A DNA stretch of 64,000 bases from an uncultured Alphaproteobacteria bacterium (GCA_947259105.1 CAMYKU010000003.1:74404-138403); one strand, 5' to 3'; positions 1 to 9,189 are shown, counted from the first letter of the stretch. The notes: generated from the sequence alone by a model not told the origin. A program made the numbers and translations.

Positions 1-731
1 CCCGTCAGCGTAAGCATGGCAAAGACGATCCGATAGAACCACTTGTCGCTCAGCATACCGTGGAAGCGCAGGCCCAGCCAAACCCCCACCGGGATGGCCG
101 GGGCCAGCGCCAGCGCGGTGCCGAGATTGCCCGGAGAGAGCTGTCCCAACAGCCCGTAGGGGATCAGCTTGGTGTAGTTCACGACCGCGAAGAACACCGC
201 CATGGTGCCGACATAGACCGATTTGTCGAGGCGCTGCGGCAGCAGATACACCTGCACCGGCGGCGACCCGGCATGGGCGACGGTGCTGGTGAAGCCCGAC
301 AGTCCGGCCCACAGCACACCGCGCGGGCCCGGCTGGCTCGGCGCGCGTTCGGCCTGGCGCAGCACGATCTTGCCGGCAAAGCGCCAGGCCACGAAGGCCA
401 GTGCCACGGTGCCGACGATCAGCCGCACGATATCGTCGCTCAGATAATGGAACGACAACCCGCCGACGGTGATTCCCACCAGCGCGCCCGGCAGCATCAG
501 CGCCATGTTGCGTCGGTGCCACGCGCGGCGATAGGCCCACAGCGCGGCGATGTCCAGGACGCACAGGATCGGCAACAGGATGCCGGCCGCCTGCACCGGC
601 GGAATGACCAGTGTCATCATCGGCACCGACACGATGCCGAGCCCCCCGCCGACCCCCGTCTTGGAGATGCCCGAGATCACCACCGCGGGAATCGCGACGG
701 CGTAGAACAGGGGATCGGTGATGAGGTCCAC
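1..731 (-). CDS. TauE/SafE (DUF81) family anion/sulfite exporter, copy 1. Its 3' end runs off the window start; the probable GTG start is at 731.
   Basis: Minus-strand translation gives MDLITDPLFYAVAIPAVVISGISKTGVGGGLGIV...AHAGSPPVQVYLLPQRLDK, which aligns at roughly 55% identity with the TauE/SafE paralog at 9457-10242. The + strand ORF 60-800 in the track is its antisense shadow. Confidence 0.7.
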   Translation of the reverse strand, partial: MDLITDPLFYAVAIPAVVISGISKTGVGGGLGIVSVPMMTLVIPPVQAAGILLPILCVLDIAALWAYRRAWHRRNMALMLPGALVGITVGGLSFHYLSDDIVRLIVGTVALAFVAWRFAGKIVLRQAERAPSQPGPRGVLWAGLSGFTSTVAHAGSPPVQVYLLPQRLDKSVYVGTMAVFFAVVNYTKLIPYGLLGQLSPGNLGTALALAPAIPVGVWLGLRFHGMLSDKWFYRIVFAMLTLT

Positions 732-821
732 CGGCGGGCGACTCCCTCGAGGCACGGCAAAAAGACAAGGCCGGCGATCCCCGGCCGGCGCCGACCCTAG
801 CACGAAACCGGTGGAAAGGCG

Positions 822-2144
822 CTAGCCCCGAAATCGGTCCGACAGTTCACCCGTGGCGGTGCAGTAGCCGCCGGGGGTGGGGGCACGGCCCTGCCTGAAA
901 AAGTCGGTGAAAGCATATGTCCCCCAACTCTTGCTCTCGGTTGCATGACTGGAGACGAATCTGAGCATCGGTTCGGATTGTCCGCCCACCGGGCATGTCA
1001 TGCGAATGCAGTATTTCAGGTCGGACGCCGCCTGTTCGTCGGGAAGCCACGCAATCGCCCCGTGTTCGAAGAGGTCCGCGACGCCGGCGGCCATGACGAT
1101 GCTGCATCCATGGGAAAGGACCTGGCCGGGTTCTCCGATCAGGGTGGCCAGGCCCGCTTCCGGCGCGTCGGGCGACCATCCGCCGGCCCGGTTCAGCTCC
1201 GCGGCGATCTCCGCTGCGGTCCGGCCTTGCTCGCGCTGCGTGGCGACCCAGCCATCCACAGCTTCCCGCGTTTCCACGCTGGATATAATCGGCCCCGGTA
1301 AAACCGTCAGTACAAATGAGCCGATAAGCACGCCGGCGATCAACATGGCGACCGTCAGCGGCACCAAAATGGCCCTGCCCGGTGTATCCGGCCCCACCCC
1401 ACCAGCCGCGTCGTCAACATAGGCGCGAACCGCAGTGTCCGTCTCCGTCCGGGTGTAGGCCAGACTTCTGCCTATCGTAAACGCAGTCGCGGAGATCACA
1501 AGCGTCAGTGGCAACATCGGATAGGCCACCGCCAGGTCCCAACTGGTCTCTATTCCGTCCACCTCACGCTCCGCGGCCTGCACGAAAATTAGTGTCAGGG
1601 TCAGGCATGAGAAAAGACTTACCACCCCAAGGTGCATGACAGACATGCTGAAGAAACTTCTGCTGAAACGTTTGGTGCCCTGTTCGCGGATACCCTGAAG
1701 AAACTTTGAGGCCGCGCCGCCATTTCTGCGCGCAAGGCGCGGCGCAAACGCGATAAACAATGCGGACGGAACGGTTATCGCAACGGCCCAGCCAGTAAAT
1801 TTCTGCATCGTATCGCCGGACTGGAGCGGCCACCACGCCCATACGACCAACACCACGACGATAAGCGCCAGATTAATCATGCCAAATGAGAAGGCGTAAA
1901 GAAACAGCAGCCATTCGATTTTTGCTGGCTGCTTCGGGCCACTGTCGTAGAGGCTGGCGAGTGACACCGAGCCAGAATAAACCAGCAGGAGAAACCACGC
2001 TAACAACGGCCCTGCAGCTGGCCCGAATAACATGAAGGCGCCCAACGTGACCGCAAGCACAATCAGGATTTCGTAAAGAATTGAGCGGGGCGGCCGCGAC
2101 GACCATTGCGCCAGCGCCCGGTTTTCGATAATTGCGTTGACCAC
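822..2144 (-). CDS. Uncharacterized polytopic membrane protein, paralog P1 (subtype B) of a five-gene tandem family with a conserved Cys-containing C-terminal domain
   Basis: The 440 aa ORF has multiple hydrophobic helices in its N-terminal two thirds. Its C-terminal region is roughly 150 aa with the family motifs WSPDAPEAGLA, GCSIV..AG, YCIRMTCP and a terminal PGGYCTATGELSDRFRG shared with P2-P5. The KQPAKIEWLLFLY block matches P4. Confidence 0.7.
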   Translation of the reverse strand: MVNAIIENRALAQWSSRPPRSILYEILIVLAVTLGAFMLFGPAAGPLLAWFLLLVYSGSVSLASLYDSGPKQPAKIEWLLFLYAFSFGMINLALIVVVLVVWAWWPLQSGDTMQKFTGWAVAITVPSALFIAFAPRLARRNGGAASKFLQGIREQGTKRFSRSFFSMSVMHLGVVSLFSCLTLTLIFVQAAEREVDGIETSWDLAVAYPMLPLTLVISATAFTIGRSLAYTRTETDTAVRAYVDDAAGGVGPDTPGRAILVPLTVAMLIAGVLIGSFVLTVLPGPIISSVETREAVDGWVATQREQGRTAAEIAAELNRAGGWSPDAPEAGLATLIGEPGQVLSHGCSIVMAAGVADLFEHGAIAWLPDEQAASDLKYCIRMTCPVGGQSEPMLRFVSSHATESKSWGTYAFTDFFRQGRAPTPGGYCTATGELSDRFRG

Positions 2145-2248
2145 GGCTTTCCCCTTTCGGAATCAATCGCCATCAGCCTGCCAGCTATCGGCCAGATCTC
2201 CCTCGGTAGTGCGACAGACGCCGCGGCAAATTCTATCTCGAGAGGTAT

Positions 2249-2267
2249 AATCTGACGTTAACGGCCA
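2249..2267 (-). promoter_or_regulatory. Conserved upstream element copy 1 (GGTATAA-N6-GTTAACGG on the + strand), about 105-120 nt upstream of the P1 start
   Basis: Same motif with identical 6-nt spacing at 5253-5271 and 8122-8140, always upstream of the first gene of a paralog pair or singleton. Confidence 0.5.
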
Positions 2268-2277
2268 TCCATACGGG

Positions 2278-3792
2278 TCAGCCCTGGTACGTGTCGGCCA
2301 ACTCACCCTCGGCGGTGCAATAGCCGCCGGGGGACGCCTCGCGCCCCTCCAATAGCAAGTCGGCGTATGCTCTGAAAATCCAGCGCGGGCGTGCGCTGGG
2401 ATGGCTGGAATACAATGCGACGGTGTCCGGCGCATGCCACGCGAGTACGCCGGGGCAGGTCGCCCTGACGCAATAACGAACCGGCGGTATCGGCGTTGCC
2501 TCGTCGTCTTCCTCTTCGGCCTCCTCGGATTCTGATTCCCGGCGGTCGATCTCCTCGGCGAAGCGCCTGGTGGCGTCATGCACCACATGTGTCAACTGAT
2601 CCGATGTTTCGGGCCAGGGCCGGGCTTCCCGTTCGGCCGTATCGATCGTGCCCGCGGTCACCGTCACGGTGCAGTTCCAACGGGCTGTGCCCTCATCCAG
2701 ATCCTCGACCAGATCCGGCAGAAGTCGGGCCAGCCCTTCGCCCGGCGCGTCCGGCGACCAGCGCCCCAGTTCGTTGATCGTCGCGACGATCTCCGCCTCG
2801 GGCCGCCCCGATTGCTGAAAACCGTCCGCCCAGCGAGCCAGTGCCGTCCCGGAATGAGCGCCCGCGGAAAGTGCGAGGACCGGACCCGTCCTCACAACGA
2901 ACATGAAGTGAATGGTCAAGATCAGGGCGGCAAGCGGCGCAGCAAATCCGATGATCGCCACCGCGAGGCGGACAGGCATGCCGACGGCTTTCGTGACGCC
3001 GTGGCCGGGGCCGCCGTCCGGCGGATCATTGGCGGAAAAGCCGCCGTCGCACTGCGCGATGTGCCGCCATGAAACCACGATGCCGGCGGTCGCCAGCAAT
3101 CCCAGTGGCAGGACCGGGTCGGCCAGGAACAGGTCCCACACCGTCGGTATGCGGTCCCACCAAACCATATCGAGAAAATGATAGAACAGGATGGCCGGCC
3201 CGATCACGATAAGCATCAATACCAACGATTCCATAGCGGTAGCCCCGGAAATCCAGAGCGAGAGGACGCGGGACGCGCCGGACCTGTCGTTCAGGCGAGC
3301 GGGTGCGGCGGCGCGCGTCCGTTCGGCCCATGGCCGGATCGCGAAAGCGAGCCCGAGAAGCAGGGCCGCCAGCGCCAGAAGGATCGCCGTCTTCGACAAC
3401 CAGGGCAGATAATCCGCCGGTCCGAACGGAAACGGGGGGCCGTCCGGATCCCCTTCGAAAATTGCGAACACTCGCTCCCAGTCGTATGCGTGGCGGAGCC
3501 AGGTCAGAAGCGCGGCGATGAGAAGCCCCACGACAGCCAACTGGGCGCTGATCGTGCAAAGAGACTGAAGGATGAACTCCCGGAACGCTATTTTGAGCCG
3601 CTTCCATCGATCGCGGTATCCGATCAATGGCCACAGGGAATAGGTCAGATCTACTGCGACAACCGCGCAGAAAGTGATAAGGAAGCCTGCCGGCCAGACG
3701 ACGGCAAAAGCGGCAGCCATCGCCGCGAACAACAGTGCCGTATGCAGCAGCCAGCGCATCGTTTTTCCGTGCCGTTTGTTCGCTGTCCGCAT
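2278..3792 (-). CDS. Uncharacterized polytopic membrane protein, paralog P2 (subtype B). The start is either 3792 or the internal Met at 3759.
   Basis: The 504 aa ORF has the N-terminal block HTALLFAAMAAAF, which matches HTGLLFAAMAAPF of P4. Its C-terminal domain carries WSPDAPGEGLA, NCTVTVTAG, RYCVRATCPG and a terminal SPGGYCTAEGELADTYQG, with an acidic insert EEAEEEDDE. Confidence 0.7.
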   Translation of the reverse strand: MRTANKRHGKTMRWLLHTALLFAAMAAAFAVVWPAGFLITFCAVVAVDLTYSLWPLIGYRDRWKRLKIAFREFILQSLCTISAQLAVVGLLIAALLTWLRHAYDWERVFAIFEGDPDGPPFPFGPADYLPWLSKTAILLALAALLLGLAFAIRPWAERTRAAAPARLNDRSGASRVLSLWISGATAMESLVLMLIVIGPAILFYHFLDMVWWDRIPTVWDLFLADPVLPLGLLATAGIVVSWRHIAQCDGGFSANDPPDGGPGHGVTKAVGMPVRLAVAIIGFAAPLAALILTIHFMFVVRTGPVLALSAGAHSGTALARWADGFQQSGRPEAEIVATINELGRWSPDAPGEGLARLLPDLVEDLDEGTARWNCTVTVTAGTIDTAEREARPWPETSDQLTHVVHDATRRFAEEIDRRESESEEAEEEDDEATPIPPVRYCVRATCPGVLAWHAPDTVALYSSHPSARPRWIFRAYADLLLEGREASPGGYCTAEGELADTYQG

Positions 3793-3797
3793 GCCGG

Positions 3798-5183
3798 CTA
3801 ACCCTGATATTCCGCCGCCAATTCGCCGTCGGTGGTGCAGTAACCGCCGGCTTCGGGCGCGGCGCCGCTGGCGGACATATCCATGAACACGTTGTAGGCC
3901 CAGCCGCGGTTGCGCGACGGGTGGCTGGAGCTGAAGATCACCACCGAATGCGAATGCGCGGCCACCGGGGACGGGCAGGCCAGCCGGATACAGTAGCTTA
4001 TTTCGGGCAGCGGCCGGAAGGCGGCGACATATCCTTCGATCCAGCTCAAGTCCCGCAGCGCCGAATTGTCGGCGGCGCCGGCGTCGACCGTGACCGTGCA
4101 GCCGCTGCCAAGGCCCAGATACTCGAGGTCCTCGCCGAGTTCCGGCAACAGCGCCGGGAGGCCGGCGCCCGGCTGCGGCGTCGTCCAGTTGCCGTGGTCG
4201 CGCAGGTCAGATGCGATCTCGGCGGGGGGCCGGCCCGCCGCCTGCTGCGCTTCGATCCAGTTGTCGGTGGCGCGGGAGATTTCACCCCAGCCGGCGATCA
4301 TCGAGGCCGCGCCGAACGTCCCGATGACCCAGATATGCACGAAATACAGGTACCATCCGTAAGCTGCGGCGGCGCTCCCCAGCACCGCCAGGACCGCCGG
4401 GATTCTTGCCCCGCGGCGCGGCCGGCGCAAGGACGCCAGCGCCGCGGGCTGCATCCGCCGGAACGCCACCGTCAGGACCGCCGCCGCAAGAATGGCCGCT
4501 GCGAAGCCCGGATACTCGTTGGCCAGGTACCCGATATCGACGATCTGCGCCGGGTTGGTCGACCGCAGCAATTCGGGCAGCGCCGTGCCTGTGGCGGCGA
4601 CGCCAAGAAGGCTCACAAGCGCCAGCCCGAGCAATAGCCAGGCCACGGCCGCGGGCCGGAGGAGTCCGGCGCCCTCTGCGCGGACGCGGCGAACGCAGGC
4701 GCCGACGTCTTCGTCGTCGCGCCGCAGCAGGGCGACGGATGCCAGGAACAGGGCGACCGCCCCGACTGCTGCCCCCAACGCAACCGGCGCCATGGCTGCG
4801 AAGGCCAGGGGGAAACCGGGCTCCGCGCCGCCGGCGGCAACGACTTCCCAGCGATAGGCGAGCGGGAACCAGGCGGCGAAACCGAGAATGGCGAAGGCGC
4901 CGACGATGCTGGTGCCGCCGACGAGCTGGGCCAGCATGAACGGCGCCGCCCGCAGTTTCCGCGGCTGTCCGGGGGCTGTCCGCCGAAACGCCGCGACCAG
5001 CGCCCATGTTACATAGGCGGCGGCCACGCCGAGAGGAACAAGGGCGTAATACGGCCGGGAGACCACCGCAGACAGCGGCGCCGCCAGAATCAGGAACAGG
5101 ACCGCGATTTCCAGCAGGGCCAGCACCAGGGACGATTTCGGGCCGGCCGGCCAAACCAGGGACGGTATCGGATCCTTCGCCAT
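3798..5183 (-). CDS. Uncharacterized polytopic membrane protein, paralog P3 (subtype A)
   Basis: The 461 aa ORF has about 8 hydrophobic segments. Its C-terminal domain carries NWTTPQPGAGLPALLPELGED, GCTVTVDAGAADNSALRD, YCIRLACPSPV, SSHPSRNRGW and AGGYCTTDGELAAEYQG. It is the closest paralog of P5 along its full length. Confidence 0.75.
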   Translation of the reverse strand: MAKDPIPSLVWPAGPKSSLVLALLEIAVLFLILAAPLSAVVSRPYYALVPLGVAAAYVTWALVAAFRRTAPGQPRKLRAAPFMLAQLVGGTSIVGAFAILGFAAWFPLAYRWEVVAAGGAEPGFPLAFAAMAPVALGAAVGAVALFLASVALLRRDDEDVGACVRRVRAEGAGLLRPAAVAWLLLGLALVSLLGVAATGTALPELLRSTNPAQIVDIGYLANEYPGFAAAILAAAVLTVAFRRMQPAALASLRRPRRGARIPAVLAVLGSAAAAYGWYLYFVHIWVIGTFGAASMIAGWGEISRATDNWIEAQQAAGRPPAEIASDLRDHGNWTTPQPGAGLPALLPELGEDLEYLGLGSGCTVTVDAGAADNSALRDLSWIEGYVAAFRPLPEISYCIRLACPSPVAAHSHSVVIFSSSHPSRNRGWAYNVFMDMSASGAAPEAGGYCTTDGELAAEYQG

Positions 5184-5252
5184 CGCATCATTACCTTTTG
5201 GCTGTCACAACCGATACGTACAGCAGGAAATGCGGGCTATCCTAACCGGAAA

Positions 5253-5271
5253 GGCATAACCGTGAGTTAAC
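5253..5271 (-). promoter_or_regulatory. Conserved upstream element copy 2 (GGCATAA-N6-GTTAACCG on the + strand), about 70-90 nt upstream of the P3 start
   Basis: Read directly from the P4/P3 intergenic sequence. The 6-nt spacing is conserved. Confidence 0.5.
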
Positions 5272-5286
5272 CGAGCGGCCCTGGCG

Positions 5287-6651
5287 TCAGCCCTGATATT
5301 CCGCCGCCAGTTCGCCGTTCCTCGTGCAATACCCGCCCGGCGCGGCGGCCACGCCTTCGGCGGAGACGTCAGCGTACCAATATTTCCCCCAGCCTTCGGC
5401 CTGGCTGGAACGGTTTGTGAGGAGCAGCAGAGCCGGCGGGGCGCTCCAGGTGAACGGTGGGGCGCATGCCACTGCAATGCAGGCTCTTAATTCCGGTTCG
5501 ATCTCGCCGGCAACAGACGGGCCGTCTCGATCTTGGGTTGGCGGGTCGATGACCCCGGCGGCGATCCGCACCGTGCAGGAATCGGGAAAGGCCTGCCCGG
5601 GGTCCGCGACCAGCGCCCCCAACCCCGCCCCCGGCGCGTCCGGTGTCCAGTGGCCGAACCGGTTCAGCGCCGCAGCCGTTTCCGCATTGGTCCAATCGTC
5701 GTCCTCGTGCGTATTCTCCAGAATCCGCAGCGCTTCGATCACGCCTTTCAGGGCTTTCCTGCCATCCGCCACGCCTTTCGCCGTGATGCTCAGGTGAAAT
5801 GGATAGATGATGAAGAACAGGGCCGCCACGAGGGCGCCGGCCGTCACCGCGGTCAAGACGGAATTGGCTGTCGCGGCCGGTAGCGGCGCGTCCTTCGCGC
5901 CGTCGATGTAGGCCCGAACGACGGCGTCGTCCCCTTCCCGGCTCGTTTCCAGAATCCTGCTCAGCGACAGAATGGCGGCGGCTGCAAGCAGCGAGAACGG
6001 CAAAAACGGATAGGCCGCAATAAGCTCCCAGATTGTCACGATACCGTCGCCGTCACGCCACCACGCCAGTTCGCGCAAATCCGACGGTACCCAGGCTATG
6101 CTGAGCAGGCAGAAGAGTCCCGCGTTGAAAGCCACGTAGCGCAGCCAGTTATCGTGGAACCATCCGAACCCCTTCGCACGGACCCCCTTGAGGAAACGCG
6201 AGGCGGGCCCGCCGCCTTCTCGCGCCAGCAGCGGGGCGAACAGAAGAAACAGGATGGGCGGGAATATCATCGTGGCTGCGATTGCGATCAATGCAGCCAT
6301 GCCGCCGTCCCAAATGTCGCTGGACCTCGTAAGGGGCCGGTATGCCCACAACGGCCATTCCACGATCAAGGCGAACAGCAGCCCCTGCACGGCAATGGGG
6401 ACGGAGATATCGTACAAAATGAACAGCAGACGGACTTTCGCCGGCTGCTTCGGTTTGCCCCGGTCGCGCAGATAGAGGGTCACCAACCACCACAGCACGT
6501 ACATAGAGCCGATGCCGACCGCCGTCAGCGACGCTGTCGCGATCTTCAGCATGAAAAAAGGCGCCGCCATCGCCGCGAACAGCAGACCGGTGTGCACGAC
6601 GCAGCGTCTTGCGAGCACCGAAACGTTCATCTGCCTGCGTTCTTCGCCCAT
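5287..6651 (-). CDS. Uncharacterized polytopic membrane protein, paralog P4 (subtype B). The track ORF is over-extended to 6870; the likely start is the Met at 6651 or 6630.
   Basis: The family-conserved N-terminus begins MNVSVLARRCVVHTGLLFAAMAAPFF. The upstream 73-80 codons are low-complexity (Pro/Ser/Ala-rich) and would overlap the 3' end of P5. The C-terminal domain carries HWTPDAPGAGLGAL, SCTVRIAAG, ACIAVACAPP and APGGYCTRNGELAAEYQG. Confidence 0.7.
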   Translation of the reverse strand: MGEERRQMNVSVLARRCVVHTGLLFAAMAAPFFMLKIATASLTAVGIGSMYVLWWLVTLYLRDRGKPKQPAKVRLLFILYDISVPIAVQGLLFALIVEWPLWAYRPLTRSSDIWDGGMAALIAIAATMIFPPILFLLFAPLLAREGGGPASRFLKGVRAKGFGWFHDNWLRYVAFNAGLFCLLSIAWVPSDLRELAWWRDGDGIVTIWELIAAYPFLPFSLLAAAAILSLSRILETSREGDDAVVRAYIDGAKDAPLPAATANSVLTAVTAGALVAALFFIIYPFHLSITAKGVADGRKALKGVIEALRILENTHEDDDWTNAETAAALNRFGHWTPDAPGAGLGALVADPGQAFPDSCTVRIAAGVIDPPTQDRDGPSVAGEIEPELRACIAVACAPPFTWSAPPALLLLTNRSSQAEGWGKYWYADVSAEGVAAAPGGYCTRNGELAAEYQG

Positions 6652-6664
6652 ATATCGCCGCCCG

Positions 6665-8053
6665 CTAGCCCTGATACGATTCCGCCAGCCCGCCGGTCTC
6701 GGTGCAATAGCCGCCGGGCTCGAAGGCCCGGCCGTTGCCGAATAAGTCCATGGATAAATGGGTGATCCAATACCGGTTGCGCGAGGGGTGGCTGGACTCG
6801 AGGACCACGACGGAGTGCTCGTGCCAGACAACGGGGGAAGGGCAAGCCATCCGGATGCAATAACCAACATCGGTCAGCGGCCGGATATCGGCTTCGAATT
6901 CACGGATCCAGTCCCGATCCCGGAGTGCCGCACTGTCGACGACGCCGGCATCAATCGTAACGGAACAGCCGCTGGCAAGATTCAATTCCCCCAGGTTCTC
7001 GCCTGGCCCAGGCAGGAACGCGGCGAGGCTGGCGTCGGGTTCGGCCGAAGTCCAGTTGCCATGCGCGCGCAGGTCCGCGGCGATCTCATCAGGGCTTCTG
7101 CCTGCTTCACTCTGCGCCGCGACCCAGTCGGTCGTGGCGCCGGATACAACCTTCCATCCCATAATCATGTCCACCGGTCCGAGCGCCGCAATCATGCCAA
7201 TATGCACGACGTACAGGAACCAGCCTAAGGATATGCCGCTACCGCCAAGGGCCGCCAGCACGGCCGGTGCGCGGCTGCCCGCCACGGGGCGCGTCTCGCG
7301 CAGGCACGCCAGCGCCGCGGGCTGGGCCCGCCGGAACGCCACCAGCAGGACCGCCGACGCAAGGATGGCGACTGGTATGGCCGGGAACTCGCCCGCCACG
7401 AACCACCCGCCGACGTCGCGATACGGGTTCGCCTCCTGCAGCAGGAGCGACAGGGCACCTACGCTGGCATTCACGCCGCCAACGCTGGCAATGGCGAAAC
7501 CGAGCAGCAGCGTCGCCGCCGCGGCCGGCAGTAACGACCGCACCCGGTCCGGCCGGAGCGCGCAATCGTCGCCGCTCTCGCCGTCGCGCCGCAGGAAGAA
7601 GGACGAGGCAAGGAGGAATATCGCGACCGAGACGACAATCAGGGCGAAATCGATGGGCGCCAGGAATGAATGACGGGTGGGGTCGGTGTGACCATACTCG
7701 ACGACGTCGTTAACTTTGCGGCGGTATGCGGCCTGTAGCCAGATGCCAAGAACCAACGAGCCGGCGCCACGAGCAGCCAGCCAGGCGCTGGCAAGCTGGG
7801 CCAGCGAAAACAAACCCGCGCGCAGTTTCGATGGCAGTTCACGCGACGGCCGCCAGTACGCGGCGACCAGCGACCAGATTACGTAGGCAGCGATCAGACC
7901 GACAGGCCCAAGGATCAACAGATCGTTGGAAACGCCCATAAAAAACGGCCCTGCCAACACCAGAAAGACGATCACCGTTTCCAGCAGCGCCCAGCCGTAT
8001 GCGGGGGCCGGGGCGGTCACTGTGCCGGGGCTCTGCGAATGATCGGCTGCCAT
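6665..8053 (-). CDS. Uncharacterized polytopic membrane protein, paralog P5 (subtype A)
   Basis: The 462 aa ORF is collinear with P3. It carries NWTSAEPDASLAAFLPGPGE, GCSVTIDAGVVDSAALRD, YCIRMACPSPVVWHEHSVVVLESSHPSRNRYW and EPGGYCTETGGLAESYQG. Confidence 0.75.
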   Translation of the reverse strand: MAADHSQSPGTVTAPAPAYGWALLETVIVFLVLAGPFFMGVSNDLLILGPVGLIAAYVIWSLVAAYWRPSRELPSKLRAGLFSLAQLASAWLAARGAGSLVLGIWLQAAYRRKVNDVVEYGHTDPTRHSFLAPIDFALIVVSVAIFLLASSFFLRRDGESGDDCALRPDRVRSLLPAAAATLLLGFAIASVGGVNASVGALSLLLQEANPYRDVGGWFVAGEFPAIPVAILASAVLLVAFRRAQPAALACLRETRPVAGSRAPAVLAALGGSGISLGWFLYVVHIGMIAALGPVDMIMGWKVVSGATTDWVAAQSEAGRSPDEIAADLRAHGNWTSAEPDASLAAFLPGPGENLGELNLASGCSVTIDAGVVDSAALRDRDWIREFEADIRPLTDVGYCIRMACPSPVVWHEHSVVVLESSHPSRNRYWITHLSMDLFGNGRAFEPGGYCTETGGLAESYQG

Positions 8054-8121
8054 CTCGGTTCGGTCTCCGGGCTGTTGCGCCGAACAATCGCGGCGGAACT
8101 GCGCCCGGTACCCTAGCGATA

Positions 8122-8140
8122 AAGGTATAACTCCCGGTTA
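8122..8140 (-). promoter_or_regulatory. Conserved upstream element copy 3 (GGTATAA-N6-GTTAACCG on the + strand), about 70-90 nt upstream of the P5 start
   Basis: Read directly from the intergenic sequence between the patatin gene and P5. Confidence 0.5.
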
Positions 8141-8262
8141 ACCGGCGGTTGCCGCATGCCCCGTTGCCGCCTCCGCACCTCCGTCACCGCTGCCCGCCGT
8201 CGTACATCCCCTTTGCTTGCTCTCCTGAAAAAGCGCCCGGAAAGGAAAGTTGTGGCGGCGCG

Positions 8263-9189
8263 TCACGGCACGATTTCCCTCAGGGCCGGGAGCATTCGCG
8301 CCACCGACCGTCGTCCCTCGGCAATGGATTCGTCCGCCCGGTCGAATTCCATAAGGCCGATCTCGCTCAGCTTGGGCATCAGCATCACATGGGGTGGTTC
8401 GCCCGCCAGGCGGCTGCGCGTGATCTGGTCCTGCATGATATTGATCGCGCCGGCGATCACGTCGAAATATCCTGGTCCGGCCGAACGCTTTCCAAGCAAC
8501 TGGGCGGCGATTGCGTTCACGCCGTTCCTGATCCCCGCGGGAAGGTCGCCGGACAGCTTGGCCAGGAAATCGGTCTCTGGTTCCGGCGCGGCACTCTCGC
8601 GGATGGCCAGCCGTTTCGGGATACCATGGCGTCCGACGATATCGCCGTTGAGATTCACTGCGATGACGATCTCGGCGCCCAGGGCGCGGCAGGCCGACAC
8701 CGGGATCGGATTCACGACCCCGCCGTCGATCAGGCACCATTCACCCTTGCGCACCGGGCTGAATATCCCCGGCAGGGCGATGGATGCGCGTACGGCTTCG
8801 ACCATGGACCCCTCGCGCAGCCAGATCTCACGCCCCGAAACGAGGTCCGTGGCGACGGCGACGAACGGCTTGGGAAGATTCTCGATGGCCGTATCTTCGT
8901 GGCGTTCGCGAAAGAATTTCATCAGCCGGCGGCCTTCGATCAGGCCGCCACTGGTGAGGCTGACGTCCATGAAGCGCACGATATCCCGCCAGTTGATCGA
9001 GCGCGCCCATTTGTCCAGGATTTCCAGTTCCCCGGCGACGTAGGCCGCTCCGACAAGCGCGCCGATGGAGCTGCCACAAACGATGTCAGGCTCGATGCCG
9101 GCCTCGCCAAGCGCCTGAATCACCCCGATATGCGACCATCCGCGCGCGGACCCGCTGCCAAGCGCCAGCCCGATCCGGGGGCGGCTCAC
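8263..9189 (-). CDS. Patatin-like phospholipase (RssA-like). The track ORF extends to 9324, but the likely start is the GTG or TTG near 9189-9192, about 10 codons before the glycine-rich loop.
   Basis: It has the oxyanion-hole motif GSGSARG and the nucleophile motif GSSIG (GxSxG), plus a downstream DGG(V) Asp motif. Its overall length and order match bacterial patatin/RssA proteins. Confidence 0.8.
   Translation of the reverse strand: MSRPRIGLALGSGSARGWSHIGVIQALGEAGIEPDIVCGSSIGALVGAAYVAGELEILDKWARSINWRDIVRFMDVSLTSGGLIEGRRLMKFFRERHEDTAIENLPKPFVAVATDLVSGREIWLREGSMVEAVRASIALPGIFSPVRKGEWCLIDGGVVNPIPVSACRALGAEIVIAVNLNGDIVGRHGIPKRLAIRESAAPEPETDFLAKLSGDLPAGIRNGVNAIAAQLLGKRSAGPGYFDVIAGAINIMQDQITRSRLAGEPPHVMLMPKLSEIGLMEFDRADESIAEGRRSVARMLPALREIVP

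Noticed and set aside
60-800. 246 aa + strand ORF at the window start
   Set aside because: It is the antisense shadow of the TauE/SafE gene on the minus strand, which has a clear DUF81 membrane-protein sequence paralogous to 9457-10242. The + strand product is Arg/His/Gln-rich low-complexity sequence.
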